The notes beneath the pieces were generated by a model that was given only the letters and a program-made list of their open reading frames with translations, had not been told where the DNA came from and did no database searches. 64,000 nucleotides of DNA, from positions 23,870,001-23,934,000 of the forward strand of contig OZ059894.1 in NCBI GenBank assembly GCA_964057225.1. The letters run 5' to 3'. Within the stretch, counting starts at the first letter, position 1. Each line of letters opens with the position of its first letter. This DNA comes from Auanema rhodensis. Its lineage: Eukaryota; Animalia; Nematoda. Both the position numbers and the translations under genes were made by a program. Of this stretch, positions 27,101-40,828 are shown piece after piece.

Positions 27101-30100
27101 GATGTGCACTTGGTATGTAACTCGCTTCACGTGAAAGATGAAGAGATGCGGTTTTCAAAATTAGATTCCCCATGTCCATATTAGTCTAAAAACAAATTTT
27201 TATTGATATTGGTGCATGGTAACCATGACTTTGAAATTTACGTGAACTTTAATTTATGCTAATTAAATGTACACGTGATGTGCACTTGGTATGTAACTCG
27301 CTTCACGTGAAAGATAAAGAGATGCGGTTTTTAAAATTAGATTCCCCATGTCCATATTAGTCTAAAAACAAATTTTTATTGATATTGGTGCATGGTAACC
27401 ATGACTTTGAAATTTACGTGAACTTTAATTTATGCTAATTAAATGTACACGTGATGTGCACTTGGTATGTAACTCGCTTCACGTGAAAGATAAAGAGATG
27501 CGGTTTTCAAAATTAGATTCTTCATGTCCATATTAGTCTAAAAACAAATTTTTATTGATATTGGTTCATGGTAACCATGACTTTGAAATTTACGTGAACT
27601 TTAATTTATGCTAATTAAATGTACACGTGATGTGCACTTGGTATGTAACTCGCTTCACGTGAAAGATAAAGAGATGCGGTTTTCAAAATTAGATTCCCCA
27701 TGTCCATATTAGTCTAAAAACAAATTTTTATTGATATTGGTGCATGGTAACCATGACTTTGAAATTTACGTGAACTTTAATTTATGCTAATTAAATGTAC
27801 ACGTGATGTGCACTTGGTATGTAACTCGCTTCACGTGAAAGATAAAGAGATGCGGTTTTCAAAATTAGATTCCCCATGTCCATATTAGTCTAAAAACAAA
27901 TTTTTATTGATATTGGTGCATGGTAACCATGACTTTGAAATTTACGTGAACTTTAATTTATGCTAATTAAATGTACACGTGATGTGCACTTGGTATGTAA
28001 CTCGCTTCACGTGAAAGATAAAGAGATGCGGTTTTCAAAATTAGATCCCCCATGTCCATATTAGTCTAAAAACAAATTTTTATTGATATTGGTGCATGGT
28101 AACCATGACTTTGAAATTTACGTGAACTTTAATTTATGCTAATTAAATGTACACGTGATGTGCACTTGGTATGTAACTCGCTTCACGTGAAAGATAAAGA
28201 GATGCGGTTTTCAAAATTAGATTCCCCATGTCCATATTAGTCTAAAAACAAATTTTTATTGATATTGGTTCATGGTAACCATGACTTTGAAATTTACGTG
28301 AACTTTAATTTATGCTAATTAAATGTACACGTGATGTGCACTTGGTATGTAACTCGCTTCACGTGAAAGATGAAGAGATGCGGTTTTCAAAATTAGATTC
28401 CCCATGTCCATATTAGTCTAAAAACAAATTTTTATTGATATTGGTGCAAGGTAACCATGACTTTGAAATTTACGTGAACTTTAATTTATGCTAATTAAAT
28501 GTACACGTGATGTGCACTTGGTATGTAACTCGCTTCACGTGAAAGATAAAGAGATGCGGTTTTTAAAATTAGATTCCCCATGTCCATATTAGTCTAAAAA
28601 CAAATTTTTATTGATATTGGTGCATGGTAACCATGACTTTGAAATTTACGTGAACTTTAATTTATGCTAATTAAATGTACACGTGATGTGCACTTGGTAT
28701 GTAACTCGCTTCACGTGAAAGATAAAGAGATGCGGTTTTCAAAATTAGATTCCCCATGTCCATATTAGTCTAAAAACAAATTTTTATTGATATTGGTGCA
28801 TGGTAACCATGACTTTGAAATTTACGTGAACTTTAATTTATGCTAATTAAATGTACACGTGATGTGCACTTGGTATGTAACTCGCTTCACGTGAAAGATA
28901 AAGAGATGCGGTTTTCAAAATTAGATTCTTCATGTCCATATTAGTCTAAAAACAAATTTTTATTGATATTGGTTCATGGTAACCATGACTTTGAAATTTA
29001 CGTGAACTTTAATTTATGCTAATTAAATGTACACGTGATGTGCACTTGGTATGTAACTCGCTTCACGTGAAAGATAAAGAGATGCGGTTTTCAAAATTAG
29101 ATTCCCCATGTCCATATTAGTCTAAAAACAAATTTTTATTGATATTGGTTCATGGTAACCATGACTTTGAAATTTACGTGAACTTCAATTTATGCTAATT
29201 AAATGTACACGTGATGTGCACTTGGTATGTAACTCGCTTCACGTGAAAGATAAAGAGATGCGGTTTTCAAAATTAGATTCCCCATGTCCATATTAGTCTA
29301 AAAACAAATTTTTATTGATATTGGTTCATGGTAACCATGACTTTGAAATTTACGTGAACTTCAATTTATGCTAATTAAATGTACACGTGATGTGCACTTG
29401 GTATGTAACTCGCTTCACGTGAAAGATAAAGAGATGCGGTTTTCAAAATTAGATTCCCCATGTCCATATTAGTCTAAAAACAAATTTTTATTGATATTGG
29501 TTCATGGTAACCATGACTTTGAAATTTACGTGAACTTTAATTTATGCTAATTAAATGTACACGTGATGTGCACTTGGTATGTAACTCGCTTCACGTGAAA
29601 GATGAAGAGATGCGGTTTTCAAAATTAGATTCCCCATGTCCATATTATTCTAAAAACAAATTTTTATTGATATTGGTTCATGGTAACCATGACTTTGAAA
29701 TTTACGTGAACTTCAATTTATGCTAATTAAATGTACACGTGATGTGCACTTGGTATGTAACTCGCTTCACGTGAAAGATAAAGAGATGCGGTTTTCAAAA
29801 TTAGATTCCCCATGTCCATATTAGTCTAAAAACAAATTTTTATTGATATTGGTTCATGGTAACCATGACTTTGAAATTTACGTGAACTTCAATTTATGCT
29901 AATTAAATGTACACGTGATGTGCACTTGGTATGTAACTCGCTTCACGTGAAAGATAAAGAGATGCGGTTTTCAAAATTAGATTCCCCATGTCCATATTAG
30001 TCTAAAAACAAATTTTTATTGATATTGGTTCATGGTAACCATGACTTTGAAATTTACGTGAACTTCAATTTATGCTAATTAAATGTACACGTGATGTGCA

Positions 30101-32212
30101 CTTGGTATGTAACTCGCTTCACGTGAAAGATAAAGAGATGCGGTTTTCAAAATTAGATTCCCCATGTCCATATTAGTCTAAAAACAAATTTTTATTGATA
30201 TTGGTGCATGGTAACCATGACTTTGAAATTTACGTGAACTTTAATTTATGCTAATTAAATGTACACGTGATGTGCACTTGGTATGTAACTCGCTTCACGT
30301 GAAAGATAAAGAGATGCGGTTTTCAAAATTAGATTCCCCATGTCCATATTAGTCTAAAAACAAATTTTTATTGATATTGGTGCATGGTAACCATGACTTT
30401 GAAATTTACGTGAACTTTAATTTATGCTAATTAAATGTACACGTGATGTGCACTTGGTATGTAACTCGCTTCACGTGAAAGATAAAGAGATGCGGTCTTC
30501 AAAATTAGATCCCCCATGTCCATATTAGTCTAAAAACAAATTTTTATTGATATTGGTGCATGGTAACCATGACTTTGAAATTTACGTGAACTTTAATTTA
30601 TGCTAATTAAATGTACACGTGATGTGCACTTGGTATGTAACTCGCTTCACGTGAAAGATAAAGAGATGCGGTTTTCAAAATTAGATTCCCCATGTCCATA
30701 TTAGTCTAAAAACAAATTTTTATTGATATTGGTTCATGGTAACCATGACTTTGAAATTTACGTGAACTTTAATTTATGCTAATTAAATGTACACGTGATG
30801 TGCACTTGGTATGTAACTCGCTTCACGTGAAAGATAAAGAGATGCGGTTTTCAAAATTAGATTCCCCATGTCCATATTAGTCTAAAAACAAATTTTTATT
30901 GATATTGGTGCATGGTAACCATGACTTTGAAATTTACGTGAACTTTAATTTATGCTAATTAAATGTACACGTGATGTGCACTTGGTATGTAACTCGCTTC
31001 ACGTGAAAGATAAAGAGATGCGGTTTTCAAAATTAGATTCTTCATGTCCATATTAGTCTAAAAACAAATTTTTATTGATATTGGTTCATGGTAACCATGA
31101 CTTTGAAATTTACGTGAACTTTAATTTATGCTAATTAAATGTACACGTGATGTGCACTTGGTATGTAACTCGCTTCACGTGAAAGATAAAGAGATGCGGT
31201 TTTCAAAATTAGATTCCCCATGTCCATATTAGTCTAAAAACAAATTTTTATTGATATTGGTTCATGGTAACCATGACTTTGAAATTTACGTGAACTTCAA
31301 TTTATGCTAATTAAATGTACACGTGATGTGCACTTGGTATGTAACTCGCTTCACGTGAAAGATAAAGAGATGCGGTTTTCAAAATTAGATTCCCCATGTC
31401 CATATTAGTCTAAAAACAAATTTTTATTGATATTGGTTCATGGTAACCATGACTTTGAAATTTACGTGAACTTCAATTTATGCTAATTAAATGTACACGT
31501 GATGTGCACTTGGTATGTAACTCGCTTCACGTGAAAGATAAAGAGATGCGGTTTTCAAAATTAGATTCCCCATGTCCATATTAGTCTAAAAACAAGTTTT
31601 TATTGATATTGGTTCATGGTAACCATGACTTTGAAATTTACGTGAACTTTAATTTATGCTAATTAAATGTACACGTGATGTGCACTTGGTATGTAACTCG
31701 CTTCACGTGAAAGATAAAGAGATGCGGTTTTCAAAATTAGATTCCCCATGTCCATATTATTCTAAAAACAAATTTTTATTGATATTGGTTCATGGTAACC
31801 ATGACTTTGAAATTTACGTGAACTTCAATTTATGCTAATTAAATGTACACGTGATGTGCACTTGGTATGTAACTCGCTTCACGTGAAAGATAAAGAGATG
31901 CGGTTTTCAAAATTAGATTCCCCATGTCCATATTAGTCTAAAAACAAATTTTTATTGATATTGGTTCATGGTAACCATGACTTTGAAATTTACGTGAACT
32001 TCAATTTATGCTAATTAAATGTACACGTGATGTGCACTTGGTATGTAACTCGCTTCACGTGAAAGATAAAGAGATGCGGTTTTCAAAATTAGATTCCCCA
32101 TGTCCATATTAGTCTAAAAACAAATTTTTATTGATATTGGTTCATGGTAACCATGACTTTGAAATTTACGTGAACTTTAATTTATGCTAATTAAATGTAC
32201 ACGTGATGTGCA

Positions 32213-35200
32213 CTTGGTATGTAACTCGCTTCACGTGAAAGATAAAGAGATGCGGTTTTCAAAATTAGATTCCCCATGTCCATATTAGTCTAAAAACAAA
32301 TTTTTATTGATATTGGTGCATGGTAACCATGACTTTGAAATTTACGTGAACTTTAATTTATGCTAATTAAATGTACACGTGATGTGCACTTGGTATGTAA
32401 CTCGCTTCACGTGAAAGATGAAGAGATGCGGTTTTCAAAATTAGATTCCCCATGTCCATATTAGTCTAAAAACAAATTTTTATTGATATTGGTTCATGGT
32501 AACCATGACTTTGAAATTTACGTGAACTTTAATTTATGCTAATTAAATGTACACGTGATGTGCACTTGGTATGTAACTCGCTTCACGTGAAAGATAAAGA
32601 GATGCGGTTTTTAAAATTAGATTCCCCATGTCCATATTAGTCTAAAAACAAATTTTTATTGATATTGGTGCATGGTAACCATGACTTTGAAATTTACGTG
32701 AACTTTAATTTATGCTAATTAAATGTACACGTGATGTGCACTTGGTATGTAACTCGCTTCACGTGAAAGATGAAGAGATGCGGTTTTCAAAATTAGATTC
32801 CCCATGTCCATATTAGTCTAAAAACAAATTTTTATTGATATTGGTTCATGGTAACCATGACTTTGAAATTTACGTGAACTTCAATTTATGCTAATTAAAT
32901 GTACACGTGATGTGCACTTGGTATGTAACTCGCTTCACGTGAAAGATAAAGAGATGCGGTTTTCAAAATTAGATTCCCCATGTCCATATTAGGCTAAAAA
33001 CAAATTTTTATTGATATTGGTTCATGGTAACCATGACTTTGAAATTTACGTGAACTTCAATTTATGCTAATTAAATGTACACGTGATGTGCACTTGGTAT
33101 GTAACTCGCTTCACGTGAAAGATAAAGAGATGCGGTTTTCAAAATTAGATTCCCCATGTCCATATTAGTCTAAAAACAAATTTTTATTGATATTGGTTCA
33201 TGGTAACCATGACTTTGAAATTTACGTGAACTTTAATTTATGCTAATTAAATGTACACGTGATGTGCACTTGGTATGTAACTCGCTTCACGTGAAAGATA
33301 AAGAGATGCGGTTTTCAAAATTAGATTCCCCATGTCCATATTAGTCTAAAAACAAATTTTTATTGATATTGGTGCATGGTAACCATGACTTTGAAATTTA
33401 CGTGAACTTTAATTTATGCTAATTAAATGTACACGTGATGTGCACTTGGTATGTAACTCGCTTCACGTGAAAGATGAAGAGATGCGGTTTTCAAAATTAG
33501 ATTCCCCATGTCCATATTAGTCTAAAAACAAATTTTTATTGATATTGGTTCATGGTAACCATGACTTTGAAATTTACGTGAACTTTAATTTATGCTAATT
33601 AAATGTACACGTGATGTGCACTTGGTATGTAACTCGCTTCACGTGAAAGATAAAGAGATGCGGTTTTCAAAATTAGATTCCCCATGTCCATATTAGTCTA
33701 AAAACAAATTTTTATTGATATTGGTGCATGGTAACCATGACTTTGAAATTTACGTGAACTTTAATTTATGCTAATTAAATGTACACGTGATGTGCACTTG
33801 GTATGTAACTCGCTTCACGTGAAAGATAAAGAGATGCGGTTTTCAAAATTAGATTCCCCATGTCCATATTAGTCTAAAAACAAATTTTTATTGATATTGG
33901 TGCATGGTAACCATGACTTTGAAATTTACGTGAACTTTAATTTATGCTAATTAAATGTACACGTGATGTGCACTTGGTATGTAACTCGCTTCACGTGAAA
34001 GATAAAGAGATGCGGTTTTCAAAATTAGATCCCCCATGTCCATATTAGTCTAAAAACAAATTTTTATTGATATTGGTGCATGGTAACCATGACTTTGAAA
34101 TTTACGTGAACTTTAATTTATGCTAATTAAATGTACACGTGATGTGCACTTGGTATGTAACTCGCTTCACGTGAAAGATAAAGAGATGCGGTTTTCAAAA
34201 TTAGATTCCCCATGTCCATATTAGTCTAAAAACAAATTTTTATTGATATTGGTTCATGGTAACCATGACTTTGAAATTTACGTGAACTTTAATTTATGCT
34301 AATTAAATGTACACGTGATGTGCACTTGGTATGTAACTCGCTTTACGTGAAAGATAAAGAGATGCGGTTTTCAAAATTAGATTCCCCATGTCCATATTAG
34401 TCTAAAAACAAATTTTTATTGATATTGGTGCATGGTAACCATGACTTTGAAATTTACGTGAACTTTAATTTATGCTAATTAAATGTACACGTGATGTGCA
34501 CTTGGTATGTAACTCGCTTCACGTGAAAGATAAAGAGATGCGGTTTTTAAAATTAGATTCCCCATGTCCATATTAGTCTAAAAACAAATTTTTATTGATA
34601 TTGGTGCATGGTAACCATGACTTTGAAATTTACGTGAACTTTAATTTATGCTAATTAAATGTACACGTGATGTGCACTTGGTATGTAACTCGCTTCACGT
34701 GAAAGATAAAGAGATGCGGTTTTCAAAATTAGATTCCCCATGTCCATATTAGTCTAAAAACAAATTTTTATTGATATTGGTGCATGGTAACCATGACTTT
34801 GAAATTTACGTGAACTTTAATTTATGCTAATTAAATGTACACGTGATGTGCACTTGGTATGTAACTCGCTTCACGTGAAAGATAAAGAGATGCGGTTTTC
34901 AAAATTAGATTCTTCATGTCCATATTAGTCTAAAAACAAATTTTTATTGATATTGGTTCATGGTAACCATGACTTTGAAATTTACGTGAACTTTAATTTA
35001 TGCTAATTAAATGTACACGTGATGTGCACTTGGTATGTAACTCGCTTCACGTGAAAGATAAAGAGATGCGGTTTTCAAAATTAGATTCCCCATGTCCATA
35101 TTAGTCTAAAAACAAATTTTTATTGATATTGGTTCATGGTAACCATGACTTTGAAATTTACGTGAACTTCAATTTATGCTAATTAAATGTACACGTGATG

Positions 35201-38200
35201 TGCACTTGGTATGTAACTCGCTTCACGTGAAAGATAAAGAGATGCGGTTTTCAAAATTAGATTCCCCATGTCCATATTAGTCTAAAAACAAATTTTTATT
35301 GATATTGGTTCATGGTAACCATGACTTTGAAATTTACGTGAACTTCAATTTATGCTAATTAAATGTACACGTGATGTGCACTTGGTATGTAACTCGCTTC
35401 ACGTGAAAGATAAAGAGATGCGGTTTTCAAAATTAGATTCCCCATGTCCATATTAGTCTAAAAACGAATTTTTATTGATATTGGTTCATGGTAACCATGA
35501 CTTTGAAATTTACGTGAACTTTAATTTATGCTAATTAAATGTACACGTGATGTGCACTTGGTATGTAACTCGCTTCACGTGAAAGATAAAGAGATGCGGT
35601 TTTCAAAATTAGATTCCCCATGTCCATATTATTCTAAAAACAAATTTTTATTGATATTGGTTCATGGTAACCATGACTTTGAAATTTACGTGAACTTTAA
35701 TTTATGCTAATTAAATGTACACGTGATGTGCACTTGGTATGTAACTCGCTTCACGTGAAAGATAAAGAGATGCGGTTTTCAAAATTAGATTCCCCATGTC
35801 CATATTAGTCTAAAAACAAATTTTTATTGATATTGGTTCATGGTAACCATGACTTTGAAATTTACGTGAACTTCAATTTATGCTAATTAAATGTACACGT
35901 GATGTGCACTTGGTATGTAACTCGCTTCACGTGAAAGATAAAGAGATGCGGTTTTCAAAATTAGATTCCCCATGTCCATATTAGTCTAAAAACAAATTTT
36001 TATTGATATTGGTTCATGGTAACCATGACTTTGAAATTTACGTGAACTTCAATTTATGCTAATTAAATGTACACGTGATGTGCACTTGGTATGTAACTCG
36101 CTTCACGTGAAAGATAAAGAGATGCGGTTTTCAAAATTAGATTCCCCATGTCCATATTAGTCTAAAAACAAATTTTTATTGATATTGGTTCATGGTAACC
36201 ATGACTTTGAAATTTACGTGAACTTTAATTTATGCTAATTAAATGTACACGTGATGTGCACTTGGTATGTAACTCGCTTCACGTGAAAGATAAAGAAATG
36301 CGGTTTTCAAAATTAGATTCCCCATGTCCATATTAGTCTAAAAACAAATTTTTATTGATATTGGTGCATGGTAACCATGACTTTGAAATTTACGTGAACT
36401 TTAATTTATGCTAATTAAATGTACACGTGATGTGCCCTTGGTATGTAACTCGCTTCACGTGAAAGATAAAGAGATGCGGTTTTCAAAATTAGATTCCCCA
36501 TGTCCATATTAGTCTAAAAACAAATTTTTATTGATATTGGTGCATGGTAACCATGACTTTGAAATTTACGTGAACTTTAATTTATGCTAATTAAATGTAC
36601 ACGTGATGTGCACTTGGTATGTAACTCGCTTCACGTGAAAGATGAAGAGATGCGGTTTTCAAAATTAGATTCCCCATGTCCATATTAGTCTAAAAACAAA
36701 TTTTTATTGATATTGGTTCATGGTAACCATGACTTTGAAATTTACGTGAACTTTAATTTATGCTAATTAAATGTACACGTGATGTGCACTTGGTATGTAA
36801 CTCGCTTCACGTGAAAGATAAAGAGATGCGGTTTTTAAAATTAGATTCCCCATGTCCATATTAGTCTAAAAACAAATTTTTATTGATATTGGTGCATGGT
36901 AACCATGACTTTGAAATTTACGTGAACTTTAATTTATGCTAATTAAATGTACACGTGATGTGCACTTGGTATGTAACTCGCTTCACGTGAAAGATGAAGA
37001 GATGCGGTTTTCAAAATTAGATTCCCCATGTCCATATTAGTCTAAAAACAAATTTTTATTGATATTGGTTCATGGTAACCATGACTTTGAAATTTACGTG
37101 AACTTCAATTTATGCTAATTAAATGTACACGTGATGTGCACTTGGTATGTAACTCGCTTCACGTGAAAGATAAAGAGATGCGGTTTTCAAAATTAGATTC
37201 CCCATGTCCATATTAGGCTAAAAACAAATTTTTATTGATATTGGTTCATGGTAACCATGACTTTGAAATTTACGTGAACTTCAATTTATGCTAATTAAAT
37301 GTACACGTGATGTGCACTTGGTATGTAACTCGCTTCACGTGAAAGATAAAGAGATGCGGTTTTCAAAATTAGATTCCCCATGTCCATATTAGTCTAAAAA
37401 CAAATTTTTATTGATATTGGTTCATGGTAACCATGACTTTGAAATTTACGTGAACTTTAATTTATGCTAATTAAATGTACACGTGATGTGCACTTGGTAT
37501 GTAACTCGCTTCACGTGAAAGATAAAGAGATGCGGTTTTCAAAATTAGATTCCCCATGTCCATATTAGTTTAAAAACAAATTTTTATTGATATTGGTGCA
37601 TGGTAACCATGACTTTGAAATTTACGTGAACTTTAATTTATGCTAATTAAATGTACACGTGATGTGCACTTGGTATGTAACTCGCTTCACGTGAAAGATG
37701 AAGAGATGCGGTTTTCAAAATTAGATTCCCCATGTCCATATTAGTCTAAAAACAAATTTTTATTGATATTGGTTCATGGTAACCATGACTTTGAAATTTA
37801 CGTGAACTTTAATTTATGCTAATTAAATGTACACGTGATGTGCACTTGGTATGTAACTCGCTTCACGTGAAAGATAAAGAGATGCGGTTTTCAAAATTAG
37901 ATTCCCCATGTCCATATTAGTCTAAAAACAAATTTTTATTGATATTGGTGCATGGTAACCATGACTTTGAAATTTACGTGAACTTTAATTTATGCTAATT
38001 AAATGTACACGTGATGTGCACTTGGTATGTAACTCGCTTCACGTGAAAGATAAAGAGATGCGGTTTTCAAAATTAGATTCCCCATGTCCATATTAGTCTA
38101 AAAACAAATTTTTATTGATATTGGTGCATGGTAACCATGACTTTGAAATTTACGTGAACTTTAATTTATGCTAATTAAATGTACACGTGATGTGCACTTG

Positions 38201-40828
38201 GTATGTAACTCGCTTCACGTGAAAGATAAAGAGATGCGGTTTTCAAAATTAGATCCCCCATGTCCATATTAGTCTAAAAACAAATTTTTATTGATATTGG
38301 TGCATGGTAACCATGACTTTGAAATTTACGTGAACTTTAATTTATGCTAATTAAATGTACACGTGATGTGCACTTGGTATGTAACTCGCTTCACGTGAAA
38401 GATAAAGAGATGCGGTTTTCAAAATTAGATTCCCCATGTCCATATTAGTCTAAAAACAAATTTTTATTGATATTGGTTCATGGTAACCATGACTTTGAAA
38501 TTTACGTGAACTTTAATTTATGCTAATTAAATGTACACGTGATGTGCACTTGGTATGTAACTCGCTTTACGTGAAAGATAAAGAGATGCGGTTTTCAAAA
38601 TTAGATTCCCCATGTCCATATTAGTCTAAAAACAAATTTTTATTGATATTGGTGCATGGTAACCATGACTTTGAAATTTACGTGAACTTTAATTTATGCT
38701 AATTAAATGTACACGTGATGTGCACTTGGTATGTAACTCGCTTCACGTGAAAGATAAAGAGATGCGGTTTTTAAAATTAGATTCCCCATGTCCATATTAG
38801 TCTAAAAACAAATTTTTATTGATATTGGTGCATGGTAACCATGACTTTGAAATTTACGTGAACTTTAATTTATGCTAATTAAATGTACACGTGATGTGCA
38901 CTTGGTATGTAACTCGCTTCACGTGAAAGATAAAGAGATGCGGTTTTCAAAATTAGATTCCCCATGTCCATATTAGTCTAAAAACAAATTTTTATTGATA
39001 TTGGTGCATGGTAACCATGACTTTGAAATTTACGTGAACTTTAATTTATGCTAATTAAATGTACACGTGATGTGCACTTGGTATGTAACTCGCTTCACGT
39101 GAAAGATAAAGAGATGCGGTTTTCAAAATTAGATTCTTCATGTCCATATTAGTCTAAAAACAAATTTTTATTGATATTGGTTCATGGTAACCATGACTTT
39201 GAAATTTACGTGAACTTTAATTTATGCTAATTAAATGTACACGTGATGTGCACTTGGTATGTAACTCGCTTCACGTGAAAGATAAAGAGATGCGGTTTTC
39301 AAAATTAGATTCCCCATGTCCATATTAGTCTAAAAACAAATTTTTATTGATATTGGTTCATGGTAACCATGACTTTGAAATTTACGTGAACTTCAATTTA
39401 TGCTAATTAAATGTACACGTGATGTGCACTTGGTATGTAACTCGCTTCACGTGAAAGATAAAGAGATGCGGTTTTCAAAATTAGATTCCCCATGTCCATA
39501 TTAGTCTAAAAACAAATTTTTATTGATATTGGTTCATGGTAACCATGACTTTGAAATTTACGTGAACTTCAATTTATGCTAATTAAATGTACACGTGATG
39601 TGCACTTGGTATGTAACTCGCTTCACGTGAAAGATAAAGAGATGCGGTTTTCAAAATTAGATTCCCCATGTCCATATTAGTCTAAAAACGAATTTTTATT
39701 GATATTGGTTCATGGTAACCATGACTTTGAAATTTACGTGAACTTTAATTTATGCTAATTAAATGTACACGTGATGTGCACTTGGTATGTAACTCGCTTC
39801 ACGTGAAAGATAAAGAGATGCGGTTTTCAAAATTAGATTCCCCATGTCCATATTATTCTAAAAACAAATTTTTATTGATATTGGTTCATGGTAACCATGA
39901 CTTTGAAATTTACGTGAACTTTAATTTATGCTAATTAAATGTACACGTGATGTGCACTTGGTATGTAACTCGCTTCACGTGAAAGATAAAGAGATGCGGT
40001 TTTCAAAATTAGATTCCCCATGTCCATATTAGTCTAAAAACAAATTTTTATTGATATTGGTTCATGGTAACCATGACTTTGAAATTTACGTGAACTTCAA
40101 TTTATGCTAATTAAATGTACACGTGATGTGCACTTGGTATGTAACTCGCTTCACGTGAAAGATAAAGAGATGCGGTTTTCAAAATTAGATTCCCCATGTC
40201 CATATTAGTCTAAAAACAAATTTTTATTGATATTGGTTCATGGTAACCATGACTTTGAAATTTACGTGAACTTCAATTTATGCTAATTAAATGTACACGT
40301 GATGTGCACTTGGTATGTAACTCGCTTCACGTGAAAGATAAAGAGATGCGGTTTTCAAAATTAGATTCCCCATGTCCATATTAGTCTAAAAACAAATTTT
40401 TATTGATATTGGTTCATGGTAACCATGACTTTGAAATTTACGTGAACTTTAATTTATGCTAATTAAATGTACACGTGATGTGCACTTGGTATGTAACTCG
40501 CTTCACGTGAAAGATAAAGAAATGCGGTTTTCAAAATTAGATTCCCCATGTCCATATTAGTCTAAAAACAAATTTTTATTGATATTGGTGCATGGTAACC
40601 ATGACTTTGAAATTTACGTGAACTTTAATTTATGCTAATTAAATGTACACGTGATGTGCCCTTGGTATGTAACTCGCTTCACGTGAAAGATAAAGAGATG
40701 CGGTTTTCAAAATTAGATTCCCCATGTCCATATTAGTCTAAAAACAAATTTTTATTGATATTGGTGCATGGTAACCATGACTTTGAAATTTACGTGAACT
40801 TTAATTTATGCTAATTAAATGTACACGT
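32213..40828. repeat. Near-perfect tandem duplication of a 24-monomer (4224-bp) block
   Basis: Rare SNP pairs at offset 4224: 32420/36644, 32612/36836, 32993/37217, 34344/38568, 35466/39690, 35632/39856, 36297/40521 and 36436/40660. One difference was noticed, at 37570. Confidence 0.9.
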
